Position numbers and translations under genes: made by a program
Assembly: GCA_033442325.1 (NCBI GenBank)
Contig: JAWQFM010000012.1
Location: 1,411,793-1,475,792, forward strand
Length of the DNA: 64,000 nt
Reading direction: 5' to 3'
Source of the DNA: Salpingoeca rosetta
Lineage: Eukaryota > Protista > Choanoflagellata
Part shown: in pieces, positions 1 through 12,993 of the stretch
Position numbering within the stretch: position 1 is the stretch's first letter
Layout of the letters: each line of letters opens with the position of its first letter
Notes under the pieces: model-generated
Database searches by the model: none
What the model was told of the DNA's origin: nothing
What the model saw: the letters and a program-made list of their open reading frames with translations, nothing else

Positions 1-281
1 TATTCTCACGTAGATTACTCCGCCCGATACGGCCACTATTCATCCGGTAATATTTGTTAGCGGTTCAAGGCCTTCTGGGGTGCACTACAAGTCTAATTTC
101 CCTCCACTACTTCGCTTGCATTTAACTTACATACACACCTAGATCTAATAAATCAAGCTTTTCTGTTCGCTGTGATAGCGATCAATCATATCCCAGTATA
201 TTCTCCCCCATCGCACACATCCACTTCACTACAGCGCAAGCAATACATGTTATTGGCCGCTGTGTAGGTCACGTCTCAACA
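1..281 (+). mobile_element. Possible 3' end of an LTR (copia-like), truncated by the window edge
   Basis: Repeat-free and more AT-rich than the flank. AATAAA at 147-152. Ends in ...TCTCAACA (CAACA at 277-281), the typical copia LTR terminus (TGTTG...CAACA). The partner end and TSD are not visible. Confidence 0.3.
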
Positions 282-560
282 GATCCTACTTTCATGGGAA
301 ATGGTGATGATGATGATGCCACAGAGCAAAAGTCGATTAGTTGGGAAAAGGAGGAAGGGGATTCGGTTGGGGGAACCCACACACGTCCGCCTGCAGCCAC
401 GCACACACGCACACGCACATTGAGTTGTGTGATTCATGTGAGACACACGTCAGTGCCACCACCCCGCAGCCAATGTCTGCTCTGGGGTGTTGGCATGCAT
501 GTGTACATGCGTGTACGTGCGTGCGTATGTGTGTGTGCCACCACTCTACCCATCACCCCA

Positions 561-632
<72 letters not shown>

Positions 633-3190
633 CCCCAGCGTCTCACCTGGTGCCTTCTTTTCTTGCACATTTGTGTGTGCGTGTATCGCCCTGCTCGTGT
701 CATGGGGGGCTTGGGAAGAGAACGGCCACCGTCCTGTGCAAAATCACACACATGCACACATGCGCAAGCACAAACAGCAAATCAGCAAGAATGACATGAC
801 GCAGTGAGCCAGCATGGCAGAAACAAACCACGCCCACCTCCTTGTGCCTCATTCACATCACCCACATCACCGCCTGTGCACACACATGTCACATCCTCAC
901 ACACAGACACCACCACCATAAGCACCACCACAAGCAGCACATCTGCACATGCGTGTGCGTGCACCGTCCACATCCACCACAAATTACTCACCATCATCAT
1001 CATCGTCGTCATGCGAGGCAACGGCACATCGACGTACATCACATCGACGTACATCACATCCTGTTTGTGTGTGCGTGTGGAGAAAGAGGTGAGTTGTCAC
1101 AGAATCGGGCTGTCAACGACAACAAAACCCGTTGCCACCACCAACAGACCCAACGACATCCAACCAGCACTTCACAATCAAACACATACATGCTGATGTT
1201 CACACCCAACACATCACACACCACCCACGTCACCACCACCACCATCATTCATCTCACCTCCACATCCATGGCCGCAGCCGCTGCTGTTGGTGACCAACGA
1301 CGACGAGGTCGAGGAGGTGGAGATGGACGAGAGACGGAAAGCCAGTTCATCCAAATACAGCAATACATCAGCTGTTTCTGGTGATGGTGGAAACGGTGAA
1401 AACAAACGGCCCCTTGCCACGCCGTGCCCTTTGCTTGCTCGCTCAGCTGCTTGGTTAGTCGGTTGGATGCAGACGGATGCATGGCCCTGTGTCCAAACCA
1501 AGTGCACAAAGGGCGAGAAGAAGAAAAAACATATGAGCGGACAGAACGTACCAGGAAAGTGAGAAGCGAAGGAGGGAACACAGCGTGTCCACCACACACA
1601 CACACACACACACACATCAGTCGGCCTCTCACCTCCAGCACTTGTCATCGTCATCGTCGTTGGTTCCACTGCTTCATGCGCCTCCTCAACGCTGTGAAAC
1701 GTGTGTGCACAGACACAAGATGGGAGAGAATGCAGGGGTGAGGTTGACAGCGAAGCATCATCAACCACACGCCAGCCCCATCCAACCACCCGCACTGACA
1801 CACATTCACACGCGCGCGCACGCACACGCACATTGCTCACCTCTTCGTCAGAGCGAGTGACATGTGCAATATCTGCCTCACGCCAGATCAGGGCTGACGT
1901 CGGCCGGAGTGTGGTGTCGGCCGGCGTGTGATGGCGATGGTGAGGGCGGTGGTGACGGCCGAGCTGAGGTGGAAGAGAGACAAAGGAGAGAGAAATGGGG
2001 AAGGTTGATGTTGATGCTGATGGGTCGTTCATGGCGGCTTCCTTCCCCTCCTCTGATGTGGCCCTGGTGCGCATGCAACCAACACACAACGACAAGACAC
2101 AACGATACCATCACACACAAGGCACGGGTATGGCATGTGAGCACAGCAAGCGTGTTCACCTTCCTGCTGGCCCCTCTCTTTTGCTTTCCTCCTGTTCGCC
2201 CCACCATCACCGCACACACACACACATACACACACATCTGCGCCTGACAGTGTCGCTGTGGTTGGATGTGCCCACCATGACCATGGACGTGTGTGTCCAC
2301 AGCTGCTCCTCCCAACCCATCATGTGTGCACCCGCCCATCATCATCCTCCAACGATCCTTAGGCAGTCGCTCCCTGCATCCACAAGCACACACACATGGC
2401 ATGTGAGCTGCACAGCTACACTGGTGCACAAGGCACAGCAAAAGCAAGCACCCACAGCAGCAACACCAACACATGCGCCATGCGCCAACCAAAGCATCCA
2501 TGATGGCATGTGCGTGGTTGCAGGGAATGTGGATGGGAATAGAACACAATAGGCAGACAGCAGGCCATCACGTCAGCACAGCAGAACGAGTGATGGACAC
2601 CACATTCACACGTGTGCGTGTGTGTCAGTGTGTGTGACCATCATCTCCATCAACCCTTCTTCCACTTGTTCGCTTCATCGCGCCCCAGCACCGTCCCCAC
2701 ACTCCATCACACACCAACCAACCAACCACTCATCACCACCCACATACCATGTGTGAGGCGAGTGCAGCTGGCACGCGTGACAAGTATCCTTGACATTTCC
2801 CTCATCCTGCTTGTGCGTGTGCATCGCCTGTAAGTGTGGTTGTGTGCGAGCACCAATATGGTGAGTGTGTGGGAGGGAGGAAGGGAGCATGGATATGTGC
2901 GCAGCTACACCGCTGCTGATGCCACTGCTGATGTTGTGCATGCATGTGGGTGAAGGAGGAGAAAGGGAAGAGAGAGAAAACAGAAAACAGAAGGGAAGGA
3001 ACAAGACATGCTGCACCCCATCCATCCATCCATTCATCTTCCCCACACCACCGCCACACACCACCATCCTCTGTCACCAGCCAGCCAGTCACACCACACC
3101 AGACTCACCCAGCATCCCCCACCCCACCTCATCCCATCCATCCATCCATCCAACACACAACTCCTCTCCGTTTCCCTCTGCTTCACGCCC

Positions 3191-4366
3191 TCACCTCTGC
3201 TGCTGCTGCCCGCCGAAAATGCAACTTGTGCTGTCGCCTCCTGTTACCAGCTGCAGGCAGCCAGCTTCCGCCATCAGCAACGGGCGATGGGTTGGTTGGC
3301 TGGTTGGTTGGTCGGGGAATGTGTTCAGCAGCAAGTGGTGGTGGTGGTGCATTCTCTGCTGCTGCTGCTGCTGCATCGGCGGTGGAGGGTGTGTTGGCTG
3401 CTGCTGTTGTTGTTGTTGTTGTGATGGCCGCGAGGGAGGGCGAGGAAGAGAGGGGAAGATAAGCAGCAGCTGCAAGGTGGAGAATGTGCAGGTCTGCAAG
3501 CAGTTGTGTGTGAGAACGAAGAATGAGACAGCGCATCAAGCAAAGCAATACAGGCAGCCACACCACACACATGGATGCACATTGATGTGGGACAACAAGG
3601 GGAGACAGGGGCAACACAGACAGCGACCACAAAACACGCACACTGCCGCTGTGCACATCACACACATGCAGTGGTGCACTCACGTTGCTCATCGCTTGCT
3701 TGCTTTGTGGTGTGAGTTGCTGCTGTTGCTTCCACAGCCGCACAAGCGTGGCTAGATGGTCATCGCATGGCAACGCTCGTCTGTTCATCCCATCAGAGCA
3801 GTGGTGGTTGGTGCAGGAGGGGGTGACATCTGCTGGCTCAAGGGTCCTCTGTGTGCGGCGACAGCAGAAGGAAGGAGAAGCAAGGGTGAAGGGCAGTGAT
3901 GGTGGTGTTGAGGATGGGAAGGGAAGGATGTGAGCAAACACAAGAAAATGAGGAGGCGGTGGCGACGGCGTGTGGGGTGGGTAGAAAAGAGAACCCGCAC
4001 GTCGACACACACACACACACACACAAACACGCTCACCTGCCACGCGTTGTCGCCAATGAACAGGTTGATCCTGGCAGACTCCAGCGGCGCTGACAGCAGC
4101 AAATAGCGCAGACAAGACACACGAGTTGGCAGATGACGAGAGTGGTTGAACGGACACGAGAACAAGCGAGCCACGCACACACCACACCACAAACATCACC
4201 ACCCTCACTCGACAGCCGCCTGTCCCAATGACTCACTCCCTCACCTGTGTGCACTTGGGTGGAGAGGGACTTGAAGAACTCCCCATACACAAACACAACG
4301 CGTCTCTGCATCATCTCCACCACCTCATCAGGGATTGACCGCAGGATCCTCGGAAGCTGAACACAG

Positions 4367-4407
<41 letters not shown>

Positions 4408-4657
4408 CGACGTGGCATATAAGCTATTACCGACCACAATCCCCATTTAAACCACATCCCTCCTCACGCATCACTTCACATCCCCATGTCACCGATCTGT
4501 CACCACACCTCGAGGAGCCTGTGCTCGGGAATGCGGATGCTGAACGTCCCCCAGTCCAGCAGGTCCTGGTAGGGCTGCAAGTGTACAAAAAGCAAACACC
4601 ACAACATCACATTGCAGCACCATGAGTGACGGGAGGGGTACATCCACACAGTGATGT

Positions 4658-4715
<58 letters not shown>

Positions 4716-4785
4716 AAGTGGCATCCATACGCACCAGCACGTAGTGATCGACGACAATGACGGGGATGGCGCCCGTAGCCATGAT
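3191..4785 (-). pseudogene. Exostosin-family (GT47) glycosyltransferase, C-terminal fragment only; 5' part absent
   Basis: Spliced exons 4785-4735 (IMATGAIPVIVVDHYVL), 4574-4509 (PYQDLLDWGTFSIRIPEHRLLE), ~4356-4246 (LPRILRSIPDEVVEMMQRRVVFVYGEFF...), then APLESARINLFIGDNAWQ. This matches the GT47 C-terminal signature G.IPVI..D...LPF...LDW..FS..I.E. The 3' end is uncertain: exon-like segments continue to ~1200 but their phases do not join consistently. Confidence 0.6.
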
Positions 4786-4812
4786 CTATGAGGCATGAAA
4801 GGTGACAGGAGA

Positions 4813-4858
<46 letters not shown>

Positions 4859-4912
4859 ACACACACAGCACACATCGCACACACTGCTCGCTGTCCTCCG
4901 CAAACACAAACT

Positions 4913-7387
4913 GGGTCGGGTTCAGTTCGAACAAATACTAAGTTCGAAAATACGAGTTTTGAGATAGAGGCGATTCTTTGCTTGGTGGCGAGTTTGGGGT
5001 GTGGAGACCAAAGTTGTGCGGCATGCGGAGTACCATCGATTGGTCGGGGAGTCAGGTTCGCCAGCCCTTGCTTGGCTGAGATACAAGCGATTCTTTATTC
5101 TGGCAGTGAGATGACCCTCACCACCCAATATGGACGTGGATCAGGATGGACCAGGGGTTGAACCAAACAAATTGTGAAAAAAATTTGGATTATTAGGAAA
5201 GTGCCGGTCAAGATTCTTTCGCAAGTAGTCCTCGCGATTGGCAGAACCACGATCAGGGGAGGGAAGTTGGTTGAGAGGGGTGATGGGAAGAGGGGTGGGG
5301 TGGAGGGAAGGGTATGTGGAGAGAACATACGCAGGGTCCACATCAGGCTTCAACAAATGCACTAAACTGCCAGGTCCGTCACCGTCTTGCACCATCACGC
5401 TGCCAGGGAATGCAGCCGAGAAGCTGAAGGTGTGGTACTCACTCACCCCAGGCACCACTTTCACAAAGAAGCGGTCAAACATCTCACCCCAATCCACAAA
5501 CGCCACCTCATCCGTCTTGCCACACGCTGTGTACCCCCTGGTGCAGGTGCGAATGCGCTCTTCCAGCTCCGGCGGCGTTAGCGCGCCCTCCCTGTTCACC
5601 GCTCGCTTCAACACCCCAAACTGTGCGTCACACACGTTCTTGGTGTGCCCGCGAAGCAGGAAGTGCAGCGTCACCTCATCGTAGCGTTCCAGCAGCACAA
5701 GCAGGGCACAGTAGCGTACCATGTTGCGGTTCTTGTTCTGCGACGCAGCGTTGTCAGCTGAGAGATGCAGCTTCCTGTGAGGCGGCACTGCAGTGCATAA
5801 TGTGTGGTTCAGGAGGCTGACGGTGCAGTTCGAGTCCTTCTTGCCCGGCCATCGCCCCTCAACCAGAGGGTACACGGTGTTCACATGTGTGTTGCTGACG
5901 CAGACACCAAAAATGTCCACCTTGAGCCCAGTCACGTAGAAGATGCGCGCCGGCTCTCGGTTAAACGACGGAAGAAGGTAGTGCTGCGCAAAGTCGATGG
6001 TCAGATGCGTGAAGTCGCAGTCGGGAAGCAGTGCGCTGGCGCGGAGTGCGTTGTAAATGCTGCGCCTTGCCTTCGCCTGCGTGATGTGCCGATCAAGCTC
6101 CTGCAACAGCTCCGGGCGCACGTTTGGAGACTTGCTTGCCTCCCTGGCCATGGTGCAGAAGTCACAGAAGTCGGATCCCGTCGCCAGCACACGGACCTGT
6201 GGCACATGCTCGCGCCACACACGTCCAAAGCCTTGCAAGGAGAGCTGCGTCACGGGAGCCGAAACGTCGTTGTGGTGCTTGAAGACAGTCACCCACAAAG
6301 GGAATGCCTGTTTGTACACCTTGTGTAAGGCCATTTTGGTGGTTTCTCGTGGGAGGTGGATGATGGGTGCACCCGGACTGGAGCCGCGTGCGGATGAGCA
6401 CGGTTCGCCGAAGAATGCAGCGTAGCCCAGGATAAAGTCGACGGCCGCACGGACACGGAGTGTTTGCCGGCCCAACGAGCTTGTGCCGCGCTTGCTCTCC
6501 ACCTTCTCGGCGTCTATGCGCAGGGCAAGGTCTCTTGTAAGGTGCTTCACCGTGACGTCTGACACTTGCATGATCGCACAGAAGGCGGCCTTACACAAGC
6601 GAGTGCCGCGGAAGCAGTAGGCCACAGTGGTGCGGGCTGGTGCCGATGGGCCGTGCGTCTCAAGAAGCGCGTTGTACCGCCCTGGCGGTGCAGCAATTGC
6701 GGATAAAATGCTGCGCACAATGCTCAGCCGTCTCTCCTCGGTTAGGGCCCGATGCGCGATCGCCCAGTCAAGAGCATCCGGCATGTGGCAGCGTGGCTCG
6801 CACTTGCATTTTGCCATGTTCCTGGTGAAACACGCCTCCGCCTCCGCGCGAGCCAGGACTCGGGACGCCTCCTCCTTCTCACGGGCATCAGCCGCTGGGT
6901 GGGGCTTTCGCCCACGACGCGTTAGCACGGTGCCATCTGGTGGTCGCATCGGCTCAAGACCTCGGTGATCGTACCACGCACAAAAGTGCTGCAGTCGCAA
7001 GTATTCCTTCTCCACCACTAACGCACCATCATCATCATCACCATCTTGGGGTGTGCTGCTGCTGGCTTGAGTTGCATCGGCATTTCCCACTCCATGAGAT
7101 TTTTCGGTTTGTCCCGTGAGTGTCCGGCGCGCCAAAACTGGTGGCGAACCCTGGTTGGCAGAACCGTCGATTGTTTGCGTCACCAATATCTCGCTTCCCG
7201 TTGACATTTGGTCTGAGCTGTCGAACGAACCACCCCTCTTTGCCCGCTTCATCGTGGAGCGCATAGTGATCGCACAGCCACGAAAGTGGCACCAATCGAA
7301 AGCTTGCTCTGCGCGCTTTCCAATGGTACCCAGAACTCATATCATCAGAATAATAAATAAGGTATTTATTCGAACTGAACCCGACCC
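4913..7387 (-). mobile_element. Sola-superfamily (Sola1-like) DNA transposon, full length, 2475 bp
   Basis: Left TIR GGGTCGGGTTCAGTTCGAACAAATAC (4913-4938) matches the reverse complement of the right TIR (7362-7387) at 25/26 positions. A 4-bp TSD AACT lies at 4909-4912 and 7388-7391. The element has one uninterrupted transposase ORF and no CA repeats. Confidence 0.92.
5141..7264 (-). CDS. Sola1-type DDD transposase, 707 aa, intronless
   Basis: Motifs TIDFAQHYLLP, LSADNAASQNKN and FLLRGHTKNVCDAQFGVLK give the D-D-D triad typical of Sola1. Cys motifs CKCEPRC, LCKAAFC and DFCDFC precede them. The ORF is enclosed by TIRs. Confidence 0.9.
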   Translation of the reverse strand: MRSTMKRAKRGGSFDSSDQMSTGSEILVTQTIDGSANQGSPPVLARRTLTGQTEKSHGVGNADATQASSSTPQDGDDDDGALVVEKEYLRLQHFCAWYDHRGLEPMRPPDGTVLTRRGRKPHPAADAREKEEASRVLARAEAEACFTRNMAKCKCEPRCHMPDALDWAIAHRALTEERRLSIVRSILSAIAAPPGRYNALLETHGPSAPARTTVAYCFRGTRLCKAAFCAIMQVSDVTVKHLTRDLALRIDAEKVESKRGTSSLGRQTLRVRAAVDFILGYAAFFGEPCSSARGSSPGAPIIHLPRETTKMALHKVYKQAFPLWVTVFKHHNDVSAPVTQLSLQGFGRVWREHVPQVRVLATGSDFCDFCTMAREASKSPNVRPELLQELDRHITQAKARRSIYNALRASALLPDCDFTHLTIDFAQHYLLPSFNREPARIFYVTGLKVDIFGVCVSNTHVNTVYPLVEGRWPGKKDSNCTVSLLNHTLCTAVPPHRKLHLSADNAASQNKNRNMVRYCALLVLLERYDEVTLHFLLRGHTKNVCDAQFGVLKRAVNREGALTPPELEERIRTCTRGYTACGKTDEVAFVDWGEMFDRFFVKVVPGVSEYHTFSFSAAFPGSVMVQDGDGPGSLVHLLKPDVDPAYVLSTYPSLHPTPLPITPLNQLPSPDRGSANREDYLRKNLDRHFPNNPNFFHNLFGSTPGPS

Positions 7388-7601
7388 AACTGTTGAAAAA
7401 AAAACCAGCCACCTCCATCGATTCGACGCATCTTTAACTGTCCTGTGTGCGCATTAGTCGCACGTCTGCCTCCCTGTGGTGGATAGCCCATCTGCTGCCA
7501 CGACTCGCCCACAATTTGTTTGCATTCCAGTTGTTGGCGGAAGTGAAGTCGGATACACAGGCGACAAACCACACCCAGTCCACACCTCGCTCGTCATCAC
7601 C

Positions 7602-8274
7602 ATGGCCGGAGTTGCGGGAACGACGAGCACGTTCACGTGCCTGTTGCCCACAGGCATGATGGTGCAGGTCCGGTGCCCTGTCACGGACACCTTCAACGAT
7701 CTCAAGGAGGTCATCTGGAAGGAGGCCGCTCGCCTTCCCTTTTACGCAGAGCTCAAGGTGCGTCATCGCTTCAACGTTTGGTGGGGCTGGGTGTGGCTTG
7801 TTTTTTGGTAGTGCATGTATTGATGGTGCCCCTCTGCCACGAAACAACGCTCACACCTTGCTCACCACACTCATCCCACGGTTTGCAGGATCCAAACGGC
7901 TACAGTATTCAGTATGTGAACAACAGCGGCGAGCTGACTGAACTGGAGGATGAGCAGCACGTCGTCAACGTTCAAGCCTACAGCAACTTCCTCAAGGTGA
8001 GAGCGTGTGCGTATGTATGCGTTTGTGTTGATGTGTGCGTGCGTGTGTGCATGTGCGTGCGTGTGTGTGTGTATGTTTGTGTGTTGATGTGTGCGTGCGT
8101 GTGTGCATGTGCGTGCGTGTGCGTGCGTGTGCGTGCGTGTGCGTGTGCATGTGCGTGATCACGCGCAGTGTTTGTGTTTCCTTCATGTCCCTTGTCCGTT
8201 TCGTTAGCTGCGTGGAACCTGCGGCTCTGCTGAACTGCCTCGACGATCATGCGTTCATCACCCCCCTTCTCCAA

Positions 8275-8320
<46 letters not shown>

Positions 8321-9331
8321 TGCTCACGCCAATGCGTAGCTCGTGGAGCGCAAGGGAAGCAAGGAGGAGCAAAAGTTCAACGTGCGGGTGGGCAACCTGA
8401 TTTCAAAGCATCTGAGCGACTTTGACGGCATGCGCGATTCAGAAGTCACAGCCTTCCGCCGCAACATCCTCAGCGTCTGCTACGTGCGTTCCCAGCGTCG
8501 CTCACTGCACATGTCACGACGCACGCTGCGCAAAGCGCACCGCGTTCCCTTGTTCTGCTATTGCTGATGGCTGCATTCCCTTGTCCCTCGGGTTCTTCGC
8601 TCACCCCTGTCCTTGCTCGTTGGTTATGCCATTTCTTCCACCTGTCGCGCCTTGTTCGGTTGGCCACTGGTCGGGTATTCGGCCTTGCTTCCACCGCAAC
8701 AGGAGGTGGCGTCTGCTCGCGACCACGCCGGGCGCGAGGGCTACGCCCTGCATCGGTTCCCACCGAGCATTGTTAGGACACCGCTGCCCATGCATCTCCA
8801 GAAGAAGCTGCAGAAGAACTCCGTCTTTCTCTGCAAGATTCGCATCAACGACACGCAAGAGAGCACGTGAGTTGCTCCCTCGGCCTTGTACTTGCACATT
8901 TCATTTGTCACGTATCTGGTGCTGTGAATTGCAGGCGTCCTTGCATGTACATTGCCGTTCTGTTCTCTGTGTCGAACCTCTTCTCCCTTGCACCGCGCTT
9001 CCGTGCAATCCTTGCACGCAACTCACTCATTGTGGTCGTGCTGCTGCTTGCCAACCATAGCGTGAAGTGCGATGTGCACTACACACCCACGAAGCTCATC
9101 GCGAATGTGATCCGCACCAAGCACGTGGGCCAGCTCATGGGCTCGAACAAGGCTGACGACTACGTCCTCAAGGTGCCCGAGTGTCGATGATTGCACATGC
9201 AGAACATGTAGAGCAGTGGGAGAGAAGTGCATTGCATGTTTGCAGCGTGTAGAGCGGTTTCACACACACCCATAACCCCCCCCCACACACACACACACAT
9301 TCTCTCTCTCTCTCTCTCTCTCTCATACACC

Positions 9332-9381
<50 letters not shown>

Positions 9382-9401
9382 ACCACACACACACACACAC
9401 A

Positions 9402-9456
<55 letters not shown>

Positions 9457-10782
9457 ACCCACACACACACACACACACACCCACCCGCACACCCACCATG
9501 CGCACACGTTTTTCACCTTGTATTTTTGACTGCTGCAGGTGTTTGGGCGGGAAGAATATCTGCTTGGGAACCACAAGATGCACGAGTACAAGTACATTCG
9601 GCACTCACTGACCCAGGCTATGGGCAAGAAGAGCCTGTCAGACATTCCCGTGTGCCTTGGTAAGCATCACCCTCATCTTTGTACCTGATGCAGACACAAT
9701 CTTGTGGGCTCTGTCATCCCAACGCCCATTTCATCGTACACAGCATCAAATGCTCATCAGCACTGACTCGCACGCACCCCCGGTATTGTTTTTTTTTTTT
9801 GGTCGCGTGCAGTGCTTGAGACAAAGACGGCCATGCTGCAGAAGGTCCCCGACACCGATCGTACGCAGCTCGAGCTCCTGCAGCGCAGGCCAGCCCCGAT
9901 TGAGGAGTAAGTGCGGGCGTTGGGTCTTACGTCTTTTCAGCAGTCGCCATCACACACACACACACACACACATGAGCGCTTGCTTGCTGCAGCAATTCGT
10001 TGCCTCTTGTAACAACCCCCTAACCTCCACGGTCTCGTCACTTCCCCTCCAAACCACCACCATGCTGCTGTCACCGCTGCAGGCGCACGGGCGGGCTTGA
10101 GGACTCCATGTGGTTTGGCACATATGCCGAGAACAAGTTCCGTGTCAAGATTGTGGAGGCGCAGAATCTTGTTGCAGACCGCCTGTTTGGCATCGGCGTC
10201 AAGGCCTGTGAGTGCAACTGTCGCTCGCGTGCATGCATGTGTGTACGTGTGCGTACGTTCATGCGTGCGTACGTGTGTGCGTGTGCATGAAACTTGTCCT
10301 CGTGTGTGTTGTGTTGTTCTATGCGACTTTGTTTGCGACTTGTGTCGTGGAAAGTTCCCTCTGCTCCCCCCTCCAAAGACTCACCGGGTGATGACTCACC
10401 TCTCCGCCATCCACAGGCATTTACCTCGGGAGCGAGCGGCTGTGCAGCGCGGAGATGACGCGTTACGTCCCGCCCAGCGACAACCCCGTCTGGTGCGCAA
10501 CACCTGGCACGCACATCCACGCAATACCTGCATAAGCACACGCACATACATACATACATACTTGTGCATGCACGTGCACGTGACCTTTACTGACTACATC
10601 GCCCTAACATCACTGCAGGGGCCAAACTTTGGAGTTCAACATGCCGATCAAGGACATTCCGCGAAACGCGCGGCTCTGTCTCGCCCTGCACGGCGTGTGG
10701 AGCAACCCGCTCAGGGTATGCATTGCACTTGCACGCACAACACACGCACACACACGCACACACACGCACACACGAACACACG

Positions 10783-10858
<76 letters not shown>

Positions 10859-11858
10859 ACATCATTCTTTTCTCACAGTTTCCACGTGCTCATGCTGTGC
10901 TTGTGACAGACGAAGAAAAAGTTCAAGTACAAAAATGAGTTTCCGCTGGCGTGGGTGAACGTCAGCATCCTCGACTTCAAGGCCAGCCTGCGACAGGGCC
11001 AGATGCAGCTCACGGTATGCGCCTCCTCATCACATCACACACACATGCCCGTGTCTGCTGTGTTAATTTTTGCATGAACTCCCCTCCCTGCTCACGTATT
11101 CGCCCCACCCCTCTCATCTATCCCTCCCAAACCACCTTCCCTGCCACCACCATCTCAGACGTGGCAATACGACGACGAAGAGCCCGAGAAGCTGCTGCAG
11201 AGCGACGACAACGCGCAGAACAAGCTCTTCTACCCGCTCGGCACCACAATCACCAACCCCATCAAGAACGCAACCCCGATGCTCACCATCGAGTTTGACT
11301 CGGTAAGTATGAAGTGTGCGTGTGTGCTTTTGCGTATGTGTATGTTTTACTCGTGCTTGCGTGTGTGTACATATTTTGTTGTTTTGTTTGCGTGTACGTG
11401 TTTGTGTTTGCTCTCAAAAGTGATATGCTTCATCGTCCTTCCATCCTCCCCATTGTTTGGCCCGCGCCTCGCCTTCCTGCTCACCCACAACCCCCAACAT
11501 TCGCCGCCTTACGCCATCAACGCAGTACCCGCACGAGATGAAGTATCCTGGGCAGGAGATGATTGGGCGGAATGTGCGCGGGGCGGTGCAGGCCAACCCG
11601 GCCGGCCGCGTGGCGCTCGAGCTCAAAGAGATGGAGCCCGTCGTCAACTCGGACCCGCTCCACCAGTTTACCGACAAGGAGCTGCAACTCCTCAGGCAGT
11701 ACAAGGTGCTGTACTGCATCGAGGAGAAGGGCAGACACGAGGGAGGCACTCACTCGCATGCAAACGTCTGCCTTTCATGTTGTTTGCTGCCCCCCTCTCT
11801 CCCATTGTGTCGCCTGTGCCATCACTCACTCACTCACACACACACACACACGCACTCA

Positions 11859-11927
<69 letters not shown>

Positions 11928-12178
11928 NNNNNNNNNNNNNNNNNNNNNNNNNNNNNNNNNNNNNNNNNNNNNNNNNNNNNNNNNNNNNNNNNNNNNNNNN
12001 NNNNNNNNNNNNNNNNNNNNNNNNNNNNNNNNNNNNNNNNNNNNNNNNNNNNNNNNNNNNNNNNNNNNNNNNNNNNNNNNNNNNNNNNNNNNNNNNNNNN
12101 NNNNNNNNNNNNNNNNNNNNNNNNNNNNNNNNNNNNNNNNNNNNNNNNNNNNNNNNNNNNNCGCACACGCACATGCAC

Positions 12179-12239
<61 letters not shown>

Positions 12240-12944
12240 ACACAACACAACACACACACACAACACAGGTGAATGCGCTGCGCGGAATTGAGGAGATTAC
12301 GCTGCAGATCAAGGACAAGGCGATCCGCAACAAGAGGGAGTATGCACGGGAGCGCATGGACAAGCTGAAGCTCGAGTCGTTCCAGCTGCCGCTCGACCCC
12401 TCGCTGCAGATCCACTCGCCCACGGTGCAGAAGATCTTCGGCTCTGCGCAGAAGCCGATGTGGATCAAGTTCAAGGTGGCCGGCAGTGACACTGACTACA
12501 ACGCCATCTTCAAGGTTCGTCAAGACAACAGCGGTGGGCCCTCGGTGTTTGGTTGCGTGAGCGCGTGCGTGCAAATGCATGTGCACGTGCATGTGTGCAT
12601 GCATGTGTTTGCATGCGTGTGCACATGTGTGTGTGTGTGTGTTCGTGACCGTCTTCCTCTCATTCTTTCCCCCTCTCTCACTCGTCGTGCCGCACACCTC
12701 ACCAACAACACGTCATCATCGGCTCGTGGTTGCAGAACGGGGATGACCTGCGCCAGGACATGCTGACGCTGCAGCTGATCAGCATCATGGACCAGCTGTG
12801 GCAGGAGGATGGCCTCAACCTGCAGATGAACTGCTACCACTGCCTCTCCACGGGCGACATGGTCGGCCTCTTGCAGATGGTCACAAACGCCGACACTCTC
12901 TGGCACATCCAAGGTGCGCCAAAGACTCTGCGCGTGTGCGTGTG

Positions 12945-12993
<49 letters not shown>

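Noticed and set aside
1214-2830. Exon-like minus-strand segments downstream of the exostosin fragment
   Set aside because: Splice phases could not be joined into one open frame and no domain is recognisable, so they are left uncalled.
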